Source: Macrostomum lignano (Eukaryota). Taken from it: a DNA stretch of 64,000 bases. Location: NCBI GenBank assembly GCA_002269645.1, contig NIVC01002242.1, positions 70,633-134,632 on the forward strand. Direction: 5' to 3'. The translations under genes and the position numbers were made by a program. Under the pieces are notes generated by a model that saw only the letters and a program-made list of their open reading frames with translations, made no database searches and had not been told where the DNA came from. Of this stretch, positions 39,901-53,030 are shown in pieces. Each line of letters opens with the position of its first letter. Position 1 is the first letter of the stretch.

Positions 39901-42900
39901 ACCTCTCCTTACCCACCTCTGTCTACCCTTAATCTATTAAAAGGACAACTGAAGAAATCATTTTTCCGATATCAGGTAACAAATGAGCTTGGAATTGAAG
40001 CAGATATTCTAAAAATATTCTAACAAAAGACCAATCCACGAAACTTTGAAACTTTTGTTCAACTTATCCACTCGAAAATAAAAGGGATAAGCTAAGCAAG
40101 CTGAGTGAGTGGCCCCCTAGTAGCTGAAAGCAACAATCATTGCCCTTGTTCTATAGAATGCGGCACAATAGCCACTGCGCAAGTGAATTCGACACGTCAA
40201 ACAATAGATAATTTACGCTGCCTTTGAACTTTGCAGCCCTATTGAAATCCTGCGCAAAGAAAAAGCCTGCGTCTAAAAATAAAACACAACTGCCATTCTC
40301 TACTGTGTGTAGCATGTGTGTGCCAGTCATTCCTTGTGTCCCACTATCCATGTGTGTGTCTGCCTCTCCATGTCTGTCTGTCTCTCTATGTGTCTGCCTC
40401 TCCGTGTGTGTGTCTGCCTCTCCGTGTGTGTGTCTGCCTCTCCACGTCTGTCTGTCTCTCTATGTGTCTGCCTCTCCGTGTGTGTGTCTGCCTCTCCGTG
40501 TGTGTGTCTGCCTCTCCACGTCTGTCTGTCTCTCTATGTGTCTGCCTCTCCGTGTGTGTGTCTGCCTCTCCGTGTGTGTGTCTGCCTCTCCACGTCTGTC
40601 TGTCTCTCTATGTGTCTGCCTCTCCGTGTGTGTGTCTGCCTCTCCACGTCTGTCTGTCTCTTTATGTGTCTGCCTCTCCGTGTGTGTCCACGTCTGTCTG
40701 TCTCTTAATGTGTCCGCCTCTCCGTGTGTGTCCACGTCTGTCTGTCTCTCCATGTGTCTGCCTCTCCGTGTGTCCACGTCTGTCTGTCTCTCTATGTGTC
40801 TGCCTCTCCGTGTGTGTGTCTGCCTCTCCACGTCTGTCTGTCTCTTTTATGTGTCTGCCTCTCCGTGTGTGTCCACGTCTGTCTGTCTCTCCATGTGTCT
40901 GCCTCTCCGTGTGTGTCCACGTCTGTCTGTCTCTCCATGTGTCTGCCTCTCCGTGTGTGTCCACGTCTGTCTGTCTCTCTATGTGTCTGCCTCTCCGTGT
41001 GTGTGTCTGCCTCTCCACGTCTGTCTGTCTCTTTTATGTGTCTGCCTCTCCGTGTGTGTCCACGTCTGTCTGTCTCTCCATGTGTCTGCCTCTCCGTGTG
41101 TGTCCACGTCTGTCTGTCTCTCCATGTGTCTGCCTCTCCGTGTGTGTCCACGTCTGTCTGTCTCTTCATGTGTCTGCCTCTCCGTGTGTGTCCACGTCTG
41201 TCTGTCTCTCCATGTGTCTGCCTCTCCGTGTGTGTCCACGTCTGTCTGTCTCTCCATGTGTCTGCCTCTCCGTGTGTGTGTCTGCCTCTCCACGTCTGTC
41301 TGTCTCTTTATGTGTCTGCCTCTCCGTGTGTGTCCACGTCTGTCTGTCTGTCTCTCTATGTGTCTGCCTCTCCGTGTGTGTCCACGTCTGTCTGTCTCTC
41401 TATGTGTCTGCCTCTCCGTGTGTCCACGTCTGTCTGTCTCTCTATGTGTCTGCCTCTCCGTGCGTGTGTCTGCCTCTCCACGTCTGTCTGTCTGTCTCTC
41501 TATGTGTCTGCTTCTCCGTGTGTGTCTCCCTCTCCATGTGTGTCTGCCTTTCTATGTGTCTGCCTCTCCATTTGTGTCTTCCTCTCCATGTGTGTCTGTT
41601 TCTCATTGAGTCTGCTCTACTGGGTCTGTCTTAGCTCTAGTAAAATTATAAATTCCAGGTGACAGAAACCGAAAAACGCCCATCAAAAGTACAATAAGCA
41701 CTGTTATTAAGGGCACTCACACCGTAGGTGAGACTTTCGCCTCTCTTTTGAGCAGCAGCCGGTTGGCCTGTCACGGCCAGATTGACAGCTCCGGCCGTTG
41801 CTGACGCTGTGGCGGCTCCGCTACCGCTCGATCCGCCTTTGTCGTCCTTCTTTGTCGCGGAGTCCCCCTGCGGCTGGCGGCTGGAGTGAGTAGTTTAACG
41901 ATTTTTGCTTGACATATGATGCTTAACGTCCTTCAGCTGGCGCCAAATCCTATCCTAATCCCTTCGGTCCTTCAGCTGGCGCCAAATCCTATCCTAATCC
42001 CTTCGGTCCTTCAGCTGGCGCCAAATCCTATCCTAATCCCTTCGGTCCTTCAGCTGGCGCCAAATCCTATCCTAATCCCTTCGGTCCTTCAGGTGGCGCC
42101 AAATACAATCCTAATCTCTCCGGTCCTTCAGATGGCGCCAAATCCTATCCTAATCCCTTCGGTCCTTCAGATGGCGCCAAATCCTATCCTAATCGCTTCG
42201 GTCCTTCAGATGGCGCCAAATCCTATCCTAATCGCTTCGGTCCTTCAGATGGCGCCAAATCCTATCCTAATCGCTTCGGTCCTTCAGATGGCGCCAAATC
42301 CTATCCTAATCGCTTCGGTCCTTCAGATGGCGCCAAATTCTATCCTAATCCCTTCGGTCTTTCAGATGGCGCTAAATCCTAATCCCTTCGGTTCTTCAAA
42401 TGGCGCCAAATCCTATCCTAATTCCTTCAGTCCTTCGGATGGCGCCAAATCATATCATAATCTCAGTCCTTTAGATGGCGCCAAATCCCAAACGACTCGG
42501 CCCTTCAGTGAGTTTCCCAAATTTTTTCTCCGTAAGACATATATAAATGGAATTCTCCCAAGGAATTGGCCGGGCTACTTAATTAGGAGATTAATAATAC
42601 TAGTAGGAAAAAGGAGGAACGAGTGGGAGGTTCCTGTGTTCCTGTTCATGAATTCCGCTAGGACTGCAGCTTTGACCGAAAGCAAAGGAGAATGTCTACA
42701 TTAATAAGTGGGCATTTACACCCATATTAGTAGCAGACTAGCAATCAGCGCCCCCCAACGGGGGGCCAACAAAGAATGGAATAATTTTTTTGAATAAACT
42801 GCATGTAGCTTCTGACCTTAGCCTTGACATAAAAAAATCCCGCCCCCACTAAGCCTTAACATCTCAGCTATTCCTCCTATAAGCCCTGACACCTCAGAAA

Positions 42901-44701
42901 TTCCTTCCGTAAGCCTTGACATCCCAGAAATCCCCCCGTGAGCCTTGAAATCTTAGTAATTCTCCCCAAGAGTCACAGCATAGTTTCACGTGACGTTTTT
43001 TTCTGTTTTATATGACGCTTATTTTATGCCTTCATGAAGCTTTTTTATTTTTTACATGACGTTTTTTTATGTCTGACATGACGCTTCTTTTATGTCTGAC
43101 ATGACGCTTCTTTTATGTCTGACATGACGTTTCATCTATGTCTGACATGACGCTTCTTTTATGTCTGACATGACGCTTCATCTATGTCTGACATGACGCT
43201 TCTTTTATGTCTGACATGACGCTTCATTTATGTCTGACATGACGTTTCATCTATGTCTGACATGACGCTTCTTTTATGTCTGACATGACGCTTCTTTTAT
43301 GTCTGACATGACGTTTCATCTATGTCTGACATGACGCTTCTTTTATGTCTGACATGACGTTTCATCTATGTCTGACATAACGCTTCTTTTATGTCTGACA
43401 TGACGCTTCATCTATGTCTGACATGACGCTTCTTTTATGTCTGACATGACGCTTCTTTTATGTCTGACATGACGTTTCATCTATGTCTGACATGACGCTT
43501 CATTTATGTCTGACATGACGTTTCATCTATGTCTGACATAACGCTTCTTTTATGTCTGACATGACGCTTCTATGTCTGACATGACGCTTCATCTATGTCT
43601 GACATGACGCTTCTTTTATGCCTACACCACGCTTCTTACATCATCTTCACATCACCTGTCTTATCTCCAACACCAAAAGGAGAAAGGGTTCAAGACAGTA
43701 GAAAAGCAGAGACAGGCCAAAGTTATAGGTTCGATTCCGTGCGTGGCCCACATTGATTTGGGGCTTGTGCATGAAAATTATTGCCTATGAAGGCCAGCCC
43801 CCAATGACAATATCAAGGCTGCTGTGTCGGGCTTTCTGATTGGCTGGACAAAATCAGGCCCAGTAGGGCTACACGGAGAGACATTGTCGCAGAGCAAACG
43901 CATAGGTATAACATCGTTAGTGTCTATCCATTCCCAGACTTACAAATAATTCTTAGTTACCATCTCTATTCAATATCCAGAATAAACAAAATAGCATCCA
44001 CTATAAAAGTTTCAGGAGCAGCAATGCAGCACGATTGGAATGGCACAGTGCAGGAGCAGCAACGGCTAGTCAGACTGCAGCTCTATCTGTGGGGCTATTT
44101 CGGCACCGGTCTCAGTCTATTAGGCATGGCCGGCAATGCTCTTAGCATTCGAGTACTCTGCTCACGCAGAATGTATTCGTCCACTGCGCTGTACCTGGCG
44201 GCGCAAGGCTTCTTAGACATTATTGTGCTGCTATTGTTCGACATCTGCATGGGCCTGCCGCTTGTGTCGGCTGTGTTTGCCCGCCTAGCCAGGCCCGACT
44301 CGCTGCTGATCGGCATACTCTACCCGCTGTCCCTGTTCATTCACATGTGCGGCATGTACGTCACAGCCTGCTTCACTGTGGAACGCTGCCTCTCAGCAAA
44401 ATTCCCACTTCGCTCCACTAGCGCCTGCAGCCGCAGACGAGCTCGAAGACGCCTAATGGCCATCTTTCTGTTCTCTTTAATCTACAATGCGCCTCGAGGC
44501 TTCGAACGAATGCCATTCGGGAATGAGACTGAGAACAATTCGAGGAACGGCACTTGGACTCTGATTGACAATTGGTGGTATCGCGGTATCTACAGCGGCG
44601 CAATGTACTCGCTATTTATGTACGTGCTACCTCTAACTCTAATCACTGTGTCTAATGCTGTTCTTGTTCACACTGTACGGAAGTCAACTCGCAGGACTAC
44701 T

Positions 44702-44774
<73 letters not shown>

Positions 44775-47563
44775 TGATGCCCAGTAGCCCAAGGGGACCC
44801 AGCAGGCAATCAAGCCAACAGTTGAAACGGCTGGAACGGGACCGCAGCATCAGCAGGATGCTTGCCGGAGTGGTTGTTGTGTTCGTCCTCTGCCAGACCT
44901 TCGCTCTAGTGGACAATTTGGCGGCAGTGGTGCTGCAGACTCCGCCTAACCCGTTGGCGCACTGGCAGCAAGCGTTTTACATCGTCGCCCAGTTTATGAT
45001 TGTCCTCAATTCGTCAGTAAATTTCATTCTCTATTGCTTTTTTGGCCAAAGATTTCGGAGGGAATTGCAATTGACTCTGTGCGCCGGCGGTGGCGGAGTC
45101 GGTGGACAGCAGAATGCCGGACGTCAAGCCGGAAGCAACATAGCTTTGCAGAATATGAACGGAAGTCGAACGCCCAGCCAGTTGCACGGCAGTGCCAGCC
45201 CGTTATGGAGCAGTCCTAGTCCGCAGCACGGCTGCGCCAGTCTGCTGGCCAGTCCCGAACCAAACCGATCAAAGCTTGCCCGAGCTGTCTCAAGCAGGCG
45301 AGAGCAGCGAAATTGGCTGATGGCCGAACAGGAGCCAATGCAGATTGATGATTCGCCTCCGGCGTCAATTTGACTTTCTGATGCTTTGCTAGGCTTTTGT
45401 ACTATATTATATTCATTCTCATAGCAGAGTTCCCCTGTCTTTGTTCGCTTAGCAGTGTATCTCAATGCTACCTCACAAGAGTCTTTGTTGTTCGCTTAGC
45501 AGTGTCTCTCAATGCTACCCCACAACAGTCTTTGTTGTTCTCTTAGCAGTGTCTCCCAATGCTACCCCACAACAGTCTTTGTTGTTCTCTTAGCAGTGTC
45601 TCCCAATGCTACCCCACAACAGGTCTTTGTTGTTCGCTATCCCAGATTTCACAAGTCTTTGTTTACGCAACAGACTACAATTATTATCTTTGTGATTAAA
45701 AAACGCAGGTTTATTTTAATCTGAAATAAGAATACCTTAATTTAGCACGCTAGAACCTGCCTCGCCGCCTACGAGCACTTACTTAGCTTACGGCCACTCC
45801 ATCCTAATGCTGGAATTTCTTTATACCATACTTTCTGCTTGTTTTTTTCTTTCACCACTCAGTTTCTGTTCGTGACTTTTCCAGACTTTTCCTGGCAAAA
45901 ATTTTGAGCACAACTCCTAAACCAAATTGTTGTGATAATTGTCTCAATTTTGAGTCGAGACTGACATCCATTCTTTATTACATCCGCATAGAAAAAATAC
46001 ACGTGAATAGCACTGAAAAAAATGGTAAATTTCTGGAAAGATAAAGTTCAAATCGCTAGCAAACATGTACATCTAAATCGGATAGAGGGCATCAAAGATT
46101 GAACTCACTGTTTTGTACTTTTTTGCTGCCCTCTGGCCGACTTTGCTTCAAGTTGCTTGTTGTCCTCTTCTGCGAGAGTTTGAGGAGAGGGAAAGGATTA
46201 AGGGGAGAAGGGAAGGATTAATCAGATTTGGAAGGAATGAGAAGAGAGAGAACAATTACGGAGAAAGGGAGGAATAATGAGGGATTAAGTAATGATTAAG
46301 GGGAAAGAAGGATTAAGGAGATTAAGGAAGGATTAAGCAGTGGGAATCGAGAATCAGGAAATATCGGTGTTGAAAAGGTGACGCAGAGCAAGATATCTAA
46401 TCTGGCCTAAAAGTTGCACAAAAGGCTTCAAGACAGGAGATAAAATATTCGAGTGGGGGGTGTCGGTGCAAACTTGGCAGACCAGGTTTGCGAAGTTTAA
46501 GGGGCTAGGGGAGCTAGACAAGAGGGTAGCGGGATAACAGCTCGTGGAAGATTTACAGGCACGGGATTAGAGGCCTTTAGCTTTTCTATCTAATGGCTAC
46601 TGTGAAAGGGCTAGTGTTAATTGCTTAATGCTAATAGGCTAATGCTAATGGACTAATGCCGATGGACTAATGCTACTGTAAAAATGCTAATGGACTAATG
46701 CTACTTGAAAAATGCTAATGGACTAATTCTACTGGACTAATGCTAATAGACTAATGCTAATGGACTAACGCTACTTGAAAAATGCTAATGGACTAATGCT
46801 AATGGAGTAATGCTAATGGACTAATGCTAATTGACAAATGCTACAGGAAAAATGCTAATGGACTAATGCTGATGGACTAATGCTACTGGAAAATGCTAAA
46901 AGACTAATGCTAATGGACTAGTGCTAATGGACTAATGCTGATAGGCTACCAAAAATAATCAGGAGCAAATATTCACCCTGCTCAGCCCTCGGCGCCGCGC
47001 CGCCCTCTGCCAGCTGCTCAAGCCGCCGCTCCAGCTGCTCCAGCCGCTCTCGATAAGCCTTCTCACCGTCGGCTTTGCCGGCCTCGTCACCTTCGCCGCT
47101 CCGACGCTCGTCAGCATCGGCTCCGTGATTGTCGTCGACACCATCGTCGTCCAACTCGCCAGCCGGCCTCCGACTGCGGAACCGCTTGTAGGCCGCGTCA
47201 ATCTTCGGAGTCGGCAGCCTTCTCGACTTCGATTCATCTTCGTTGCCGCCTCCTCCAGCGTCGGTGGCGGCCGACGAGGAGCCGAGGAATTCCAGGAATT
47301 CTTCCAGTCCGGGCACATCGGCAAGAACCTCGACGGCCGCTCGATCGCCCTGACGGTCCAGCTGGTCAAGCGAGTCGAGCTGCGGCAGGCCGGCAAGCAG
47401 CTGGCGCCGGTAGTCCCGCTGCCGACACGCCGGGTTGTCCGCCGACGCCAGGCTGAGCGTCAGGTGGCGCAGGTTGCGGCACTGCCTGAGCGACTTCGTC
47501 AGCTGCGACACCGCGCGAATCTGCCGACGTTTGGGGAGCTGCTACGGTTCACTGAATTGCCTG

Positions 47564-47596
<33 letters not shown>

Positions 47597-47719
47597 GCCT
47601 GTCTGTCTGTCTGTTTGTCTGCCTGTCTGTCTTTCTGCCTGGCTGTCTGCTTGCCTATGTGTCTGTCTGTCTGTCTGTTTGTCTGCCTGTCTGTCTGCCT
47701 GGCTGCCTGCTTGCCTATG

Positions 47720-47757
<38 letters not shown>

Positions 47758-47898
47758 CCTGTCTGTCTGTCTGCCTGGCTGCCTATGTGTCTGTCTGTCT
47801 GTCTGTCTGCCTGTTTGTCTGTCTGTCTGCCTGGCTGCCTGCTTGCCTATGTGTCTGTCTGTCTGTCAGTCAGTCTGTCTCCTGTCTGCCTGCCTATG

Positions 47899-47937
<39 letters not shown>

Positions 47938-49931
47938 GTCTATCTGTGTGTGTGTGTCTACCGTATCTGTGCCTGTCTGCATCTTTGTGTCTGCATATGT
48001 ATCTTGTCTGTGTGTCTTTATCTGTCCATGTGTCTGCATTCCTGCCTGTGTTTGTCTGTCGGCCTGTCACGGTGTCTGCTTGCCCATCTTTCTCCGTTGT
48101 ATCAAGAGAACTCGCACAAGCAGTCAGTTGGTAATTACAAAATGAAAGCCTTGCATTCACACAATAGCTTTTCACAGGTGTCCATTAAAATTCGCCATTT
48201 GAAGAGTTTCGACCGACCTTATCCTTCGCTCTCCTATCCCTGCGCAAGACCGTAGCTATTGTTGCAAGAAAATTTCAAAGAGTAACTTTCGATATCGCAA
48301 AGAGTTGAAAGATTTGGTTTAAAAGTTTAATTATCGGTTTAGTAGGAAAAAATCCCTTTCAGCCGCATCTTAGTTCTTATGGATTGACCTGAACCTTCAA
48401 TGCTCAGAACAGAAATGCTCTTCAGTAAAGTTCATTTCAATAGAAGATCACTCAATAAATTATTTTGAATAAAAGAAAAATCACCAATAGCTAACTGTGT
48501 TTTGAATCCCAATCTAAATATTCCTCTATTGGGGAAATCCCAATCTAAATATTCCTCTATTGGGGAAATCCCAATCTAAATATTCCTCTATTGGGGAAAT
48601 CCCAATCTAAATATTCCTTTATTGGGGAAATCCCAATCTAAATATTCCTCTATTGGGGAAATCCCAATCTAAATATTCCTCTATTGGGGAAATCCCAATC
48701 TAAATATTCCTCTATTGGGGAAATCCCGATCTAAATATTCCTCTATTGGGGAAATCCCAATCTAAATATTCCTCTATTGGGGAAATCCCAATCTAAATAT
48801 TCCTCTATTGGGGAAATCCCAATCTAAATATTCCTCTATTGGGGAAATCCCAATCTAAATAATCATCAATTAGGAAAATCCTAATCTAAATAATCGTCAA
48901 TTGGGGAAATCCCAATCTAAACAATCGTCAATTGGGGAAATCTCAATCTAAATAATACTCAATTGGGGAAATCCTAATCTAAATAATCCTCAATTGGCAA
49001 AATCCCAATCTAAATAATCGCCAATTGGGGAAATCCCAATCTAAATAATCGTCAATTGGGGAAATCCCAATCTAAATAATACTCAATTAGCAAAATCACA
49101 ATCTAAATACCTCGTAATCATCAATGAGAAAAATCCCAATCTAAATAATCGTCAATTGGGGAAATTCCAATCTAAATAATCCTCAATTGGGGAAATCCCA
49201 ATCTAAATAATACTCCATTGGGGAAATCCCAAACTAAATATTCCTTAATTGGGAAAATCCAAATCTAAATAATCGTCAATTGGGGAAATCCCAATCTAAA
49301 TAATCCTCAATTGGAGAAATCCCAATCTAAATAATACTCCATTGGGGAAATCCCAATCTAAATATTCCTTAATTGGGAAAATCCCAATCTAAATAATACT
49401 CCATTAGGGAAATCCAATTAGATTAACCCCCAATTGGGAAATCTCCTAAAGCCCCGCCTCGGGCGCAAGACTCGCCTGATTTCCATGCAGCTCAATGCAG
49501 GTGAGCCGATACGCCGGGCCCCGCATCTCGGCAAAGCCGGCCACGTCTCTGATGGCATTGTAGGACAAGTTGATTCGAACCAACGACTTCAATCCGGCCA
49601 GGCCTTCAACCTTTGCCAGGCGATTGCCAGCCAGATTAAGAGTTCGCAGGCTGGCCAGACAGTCGAGGTCACTAATCCGGCTGATCCTATTAGAGGACAA
49701 ATCCAGGTGGCGCAGGTTGGGGGCGCGGTCCAGGCCGGCCAGGGCCTCGATTCGGTTGCAGTGGCAGTTGAGCACGGACAGCCGATCGTGCAGCGGCAGG
49801 TCCAGCAACCGGCCGACTCCGCAGTCGATGTAGCTCAACTCTGAGGCTTCCGTCGGGTCCGCTTTGAAGCCGCGAGCGCCGCCGGGGCGCTTGACCACCT
49901 CCTGCTGCTGCCGCTTTGACTGCTGGGTCCG
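33733..49931 (-). CDS. LRRCC1: LRRCC1 (CLERC/VFL1) centriolar LRR and coiled-coil protein; exons 49931-49476, 47520-46977, 46169-46109, 41880-41721, 38447-37659, 36062-35991, 35349-34897, 34242-33733; ATG exon lies further upstream and was not fixed
   Basis: N-terminal LRRs ([44 protein letters not shown]), LRR cap [36 protein letters not shown], a long coiled coil and C-terminal EEEMRQLL. Phases are consistent if two donors are GC. Confidence 0.88.
34270..34870. repeat. 31-bp minisatellite filling the last LRRCC1 intron
   Basis: About 19 copies of CCCAATCCCAATGTACATTATCCCATTTCTT. Confidence 0.93.
35600..35918. repeat. 21-bp minisatellite (GACAGTGAGATCAAGAGATTA)
   Basis: About 14 copies. 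Confidence 0.92.
36411..37650. repeat. (GACA)n-derived compound microsatellite
   Basis: GACA/GGCA/GTCA units with CACTAAGG inserts. Confidence 0.95.
38480..38722. repeat. 31-bp minisatellite (TTTGAGGATTTCTCCTGTTTGGGGATTCGAG)
   Basis: About 8 copies next to the acceptor at 38448. Confidence 0.9.
38795..38965. repeat. 17-bp minisatellite (GATGCTGGGGCAGTTGT)
   Basis: About 10 copies. Confidence 0.88.
40340..41600. repeat. TG/TC compound microsatellite-derived array
   Basis: Recurrent GTGTCTGCCTCTCC and CCACGTCTGTCTGTCTCT blocks. Source of the CVCLS ORFs. Confidence 0.94.
41930..42490. repeat. 39-bp minisatellite (CTTCAGCTGGCGCCAAATCCTATCCTAATCCCTTCGGTC)
   Basis: About 11 good copies decaying rightwards. 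Confidence 0.93.
43065..43620. repeat. 23-bp minisatellite (ATGTCTGACATGACGCTTCTTTT)
   Basis: About 24 copies. Confidence 0.94.
44024..45373 (+). CDS. Intronless rhodopsin-family neuropeptide GPCR (FMRFamide-receptor-like) with a polyQ tract in ICL3
   Basis: 449 aa with seven TMs. [38 protein letters not shown] and [10 protein letters not shown] are typical of invertebrate peptide receptors. Confidence 0.92.
46625..46940. repeat. CTAATG/GACTAATG-based short-unit repeat
   Basis: Read directly, next to the donor at 46976. Confidence 0.85.
47560..47940. repeat. (CTGT)n compound microsatellite
   Basis: Read directly. Confidence 0.92.
48530..49420. repeat. 31-bp minisatellite (CCCAATCTAAATATTCCTCTATTGGGGAAAT)
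   Basis: About 28 copies in two variant blocks. Confidence 0.95.
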
Positions 49932-49967
49932 CTGAAGCGATGCCAGCAACTCAGTTCATATATTGCC

Positions 49968-50580
49968 CTCCCAGTTCCAATCTCAATGACAGGGGAGATG
50001 TCCCTCCCAGTTCCAATCTCAATGACAGGGGAGATGTCCCTCTCAGTTCCAATCTCAATGACAGGAGAGATGTCCCTCCCAGTTCCAATCTCAATGACAG
50101 GGGAGATGTCCCTCCCAGTTCCAATCTCAATGACAGGAGAGATGTCCCTCCCAGTTCCAATCTCAATGACAGGGGAGATGTCCCTCCCAGTTCCAATCTC
50201 AATGACAGGGGAGATGTCCCTCCCAGTTCCAATCTCAATGACAGGGGAGATGTCCCTCTCAGTTCCAATCTCAATGACAGGAGAGATGTCCCTCCCAGTT
50301 CCAATCTCAATGACAGGGGAGATGTCCCTCCCAGTTCCAATCTCAATGACAGGAGAGATGTCCCTCCCAGTTCCAATCTCAATGACAGGGGAGATGTCCC
50401 TCCCAGTTCCAATCTCAATGACAGGGGAGATGTCCCTCCCAGTTCCAATCTCAATGACAGGGGAGATGTTCCTCTCAGTTCCAATCTCAATGACAGGAGA
50501 GATGTCCCTCCCAGTTCCAATCTCAATGACAGGGGAGATGTCCCTCCCAGTTCCAATCTCAATTACAGAGGAGATGCCCC
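49968..50580. repeat. 36-bp minisatellite (CCCAGTTCCAATCTCAATGACAGGGGAGATGTCCCT)
   Basis: About 17 copies. Confidence 0.96.
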
Positions 50581-52650
50581 TCCGTTCTGCAGCTGACTGT
50601 TTTATAGTTCCCTGGCATCTTTGTTAGTGCACCACACGAAAATAAAATCAGGGTTTCTATGTATTTTAGGATTTTGCAAGATTGTGCAAACAATGCTAAC
50701 CATACTACTGTCAAGCATATAAGTTGTTGATGACACTAAAAACCTTTTTTGAACAGAAAAGCAACACTAATTGATAGTCGAGAAAAATCAATATGCTTTT
50801 GATTTAGTATGCTATTTGTCTTAGTTTTCTTAGTCAAAGCACTTGTCAATATGTGTTTGTTATAGTTATATTTAAACTTTTACTTCATTCAACTATTGAT
50901 ATGGTTAGTTTTCTATTAGCTATGTGTTAAAATTTATATCAGTTTGTTTCTCAAACTCAATACATTATAGCCATATGAAATTAAGAAAAATGGTATAAAT
51001 GGATGATAGTTAATATGACAAAATCATATGACAAATGTGCTAATGATAAATTTGACCCAAATCTTCATTGTCCAAGACAAATAAGACACAACAAGAAATC
51101 CTGAAATTTTTCTTGTCTTTTGATAAAATTACCTAGTAAAAATTATTTCAATTTATTTAAATAAAAATGCTTAGACAAAATTGTCTTATTTTATATTTTT
51201 TATTATTTTGGATAATTATAGGGTATCTTTATTACTTATTTTTTAAACTAGCCACTTTTTCCTAATCCCAATTTCTGTTAATGTGCATTTAAACAAATTT
51301 GTAACTTTTTTACTATATTCATGTAAGTTTAAAAAAACTTTCTATAAAAGTTCATTACTTTTGTTGAATAGATTTTTCAAAAATACAAAATGAATAGCTT
51401 TATGTATATTTGGTAATCTTTTACTTTACTAAAGGTTTATTTTTTCTTGGAAAAGTTGCAATTATAATAGGTATAGAATGACATGGCTTGAAAGATTTGT
51501 TTTTTGCATAAAGTCTCTGATAAATTGTCTAATAGGTAGACTTAGCCTATGCAAGATAGATACACTAGACTTAGCTCATATAACTAAAGCAATCAAATAA
51601 GTCAATTATCTTAGTCCAGCTTCATCTATAGCTCTATCTATTATACTAGTTGATAACTTGCTTGACCTTGTTTATGACCTTGATATTACAATATAGCTTC
51701 CTATAAAGTTTTTGAAACTTATCAATCTATCTATTGAACCTATTTAGTAATAAATCTAGGAAGAGAGAATGGGGGTGGCTGCCCTCCTTTTTTGCTATGG
51801 CTAGACTAGACTTGTATGTAAGGAGGGTATTTTAATTTTCGACTTCTTCTAGCCCAACCTGAACATTTTGGCTAATCTGCCCCCCATATTTAAGAACCCT
51901 AGATTTTTTGCTACTGAATCCAATATAGTATTCATCATTAAACTAAATGAAATAGCAAACTTTCAAAATAAAGTACATTTTAACAAGTAAAGATAAAAGA
52001 TTGCCATAATGCTATATATATTTATATGCTTTAAGGCCTCAAAATGGTTGATTAAAATAAACAATTTATGTATTATAATTTATAAATGCCTATAGGGCCT
52101 AGGCTATATTTAAATAAGAGATAGGCCTAGGCTAAGTGAAAATGATACGAAATAGGAAAAATCAATTTTAAATCAAGAAATAAATAATGGCCTTTAAGAA
52201 GGTATTCAAATTATATAGTGAAATCTTTACAAAAAAGAAAAAATCTTATTTATACATAATGTTGTTTTCAAATAACAATTAATCATAATAATAGGCATTA
52301 ACTAATAGTTACATGATAAAATTGAAAAATATAGAGTTGAAGCATTTTATTTCAACTTTTAAGTACATGTTTTTAAATTGATTTAAGAATTAACAACATT
52401 GAATCATTATATAGGCTTTTGATACACAGGAAGTGGTTTAAATTTTTTGGCTAGTAGAAAAATGCAGCATTTTTGTTTAAATCATATGGAATGCTACTAA
52501 ATTTTATTAAATTGCCCAAGACTTTAAGAAAATAATATAATTTAGTTTGTAGCTGTAGAATTAAATTTAATAATACACTAATAAGATACATGCAAAATTA
52601 ATTAGAAAGGGAAGTAAAATAGGCCTAGTAAAGCACAAAGTCTCCAAAAA

Positions 52651-53030
52651 TAGGCTTTTCACGAAGATCGGTTCTAGAACCAAAATAATTCTGATTCCAG
52701 AACTAGAATCGGTAGGAAAATGAAAAGCTTCGAACCCATTTTATGTTTGTCAGTCTTTACAGTTTAATTTTGTTTTTCCTTGACTTTGTTTCCTTTTGGA
52801 TATTACAAAAACGGAATAATTATATATATAAACCAAAAATAAAATTTGACGATTTCAAATAGATTTCACTGTTAAAGTGTACTTCAGTAAACATGACAAC
52901 GGATCAAGAAAATTTCTCGATCCAAATTCCAGATCCAGAACATGGTTCTGGAACCGATTCTGAAAACGGAACAGACAATATGAAGCTTCGAACCGATTCT
53001 GGTTCTGAAATCGGTAATATGAAAAGCCTA
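52651..53030. mobile_element. Putative 380-bp MITE
   Basis: TAGGCTTTTCA at 52651-52661 and TGAAAAGCCTA at 53020-53030, with subterminal GGTTC/GAACC motifs at both ends. Confidence 0.55.

Noticed and set aside
41916-42704. 262-aa ORF with [13 protein letters not shown] repeats
   Set aside because: It is the translation of the 39-bp intronic minisatellite plus unrelated flank.
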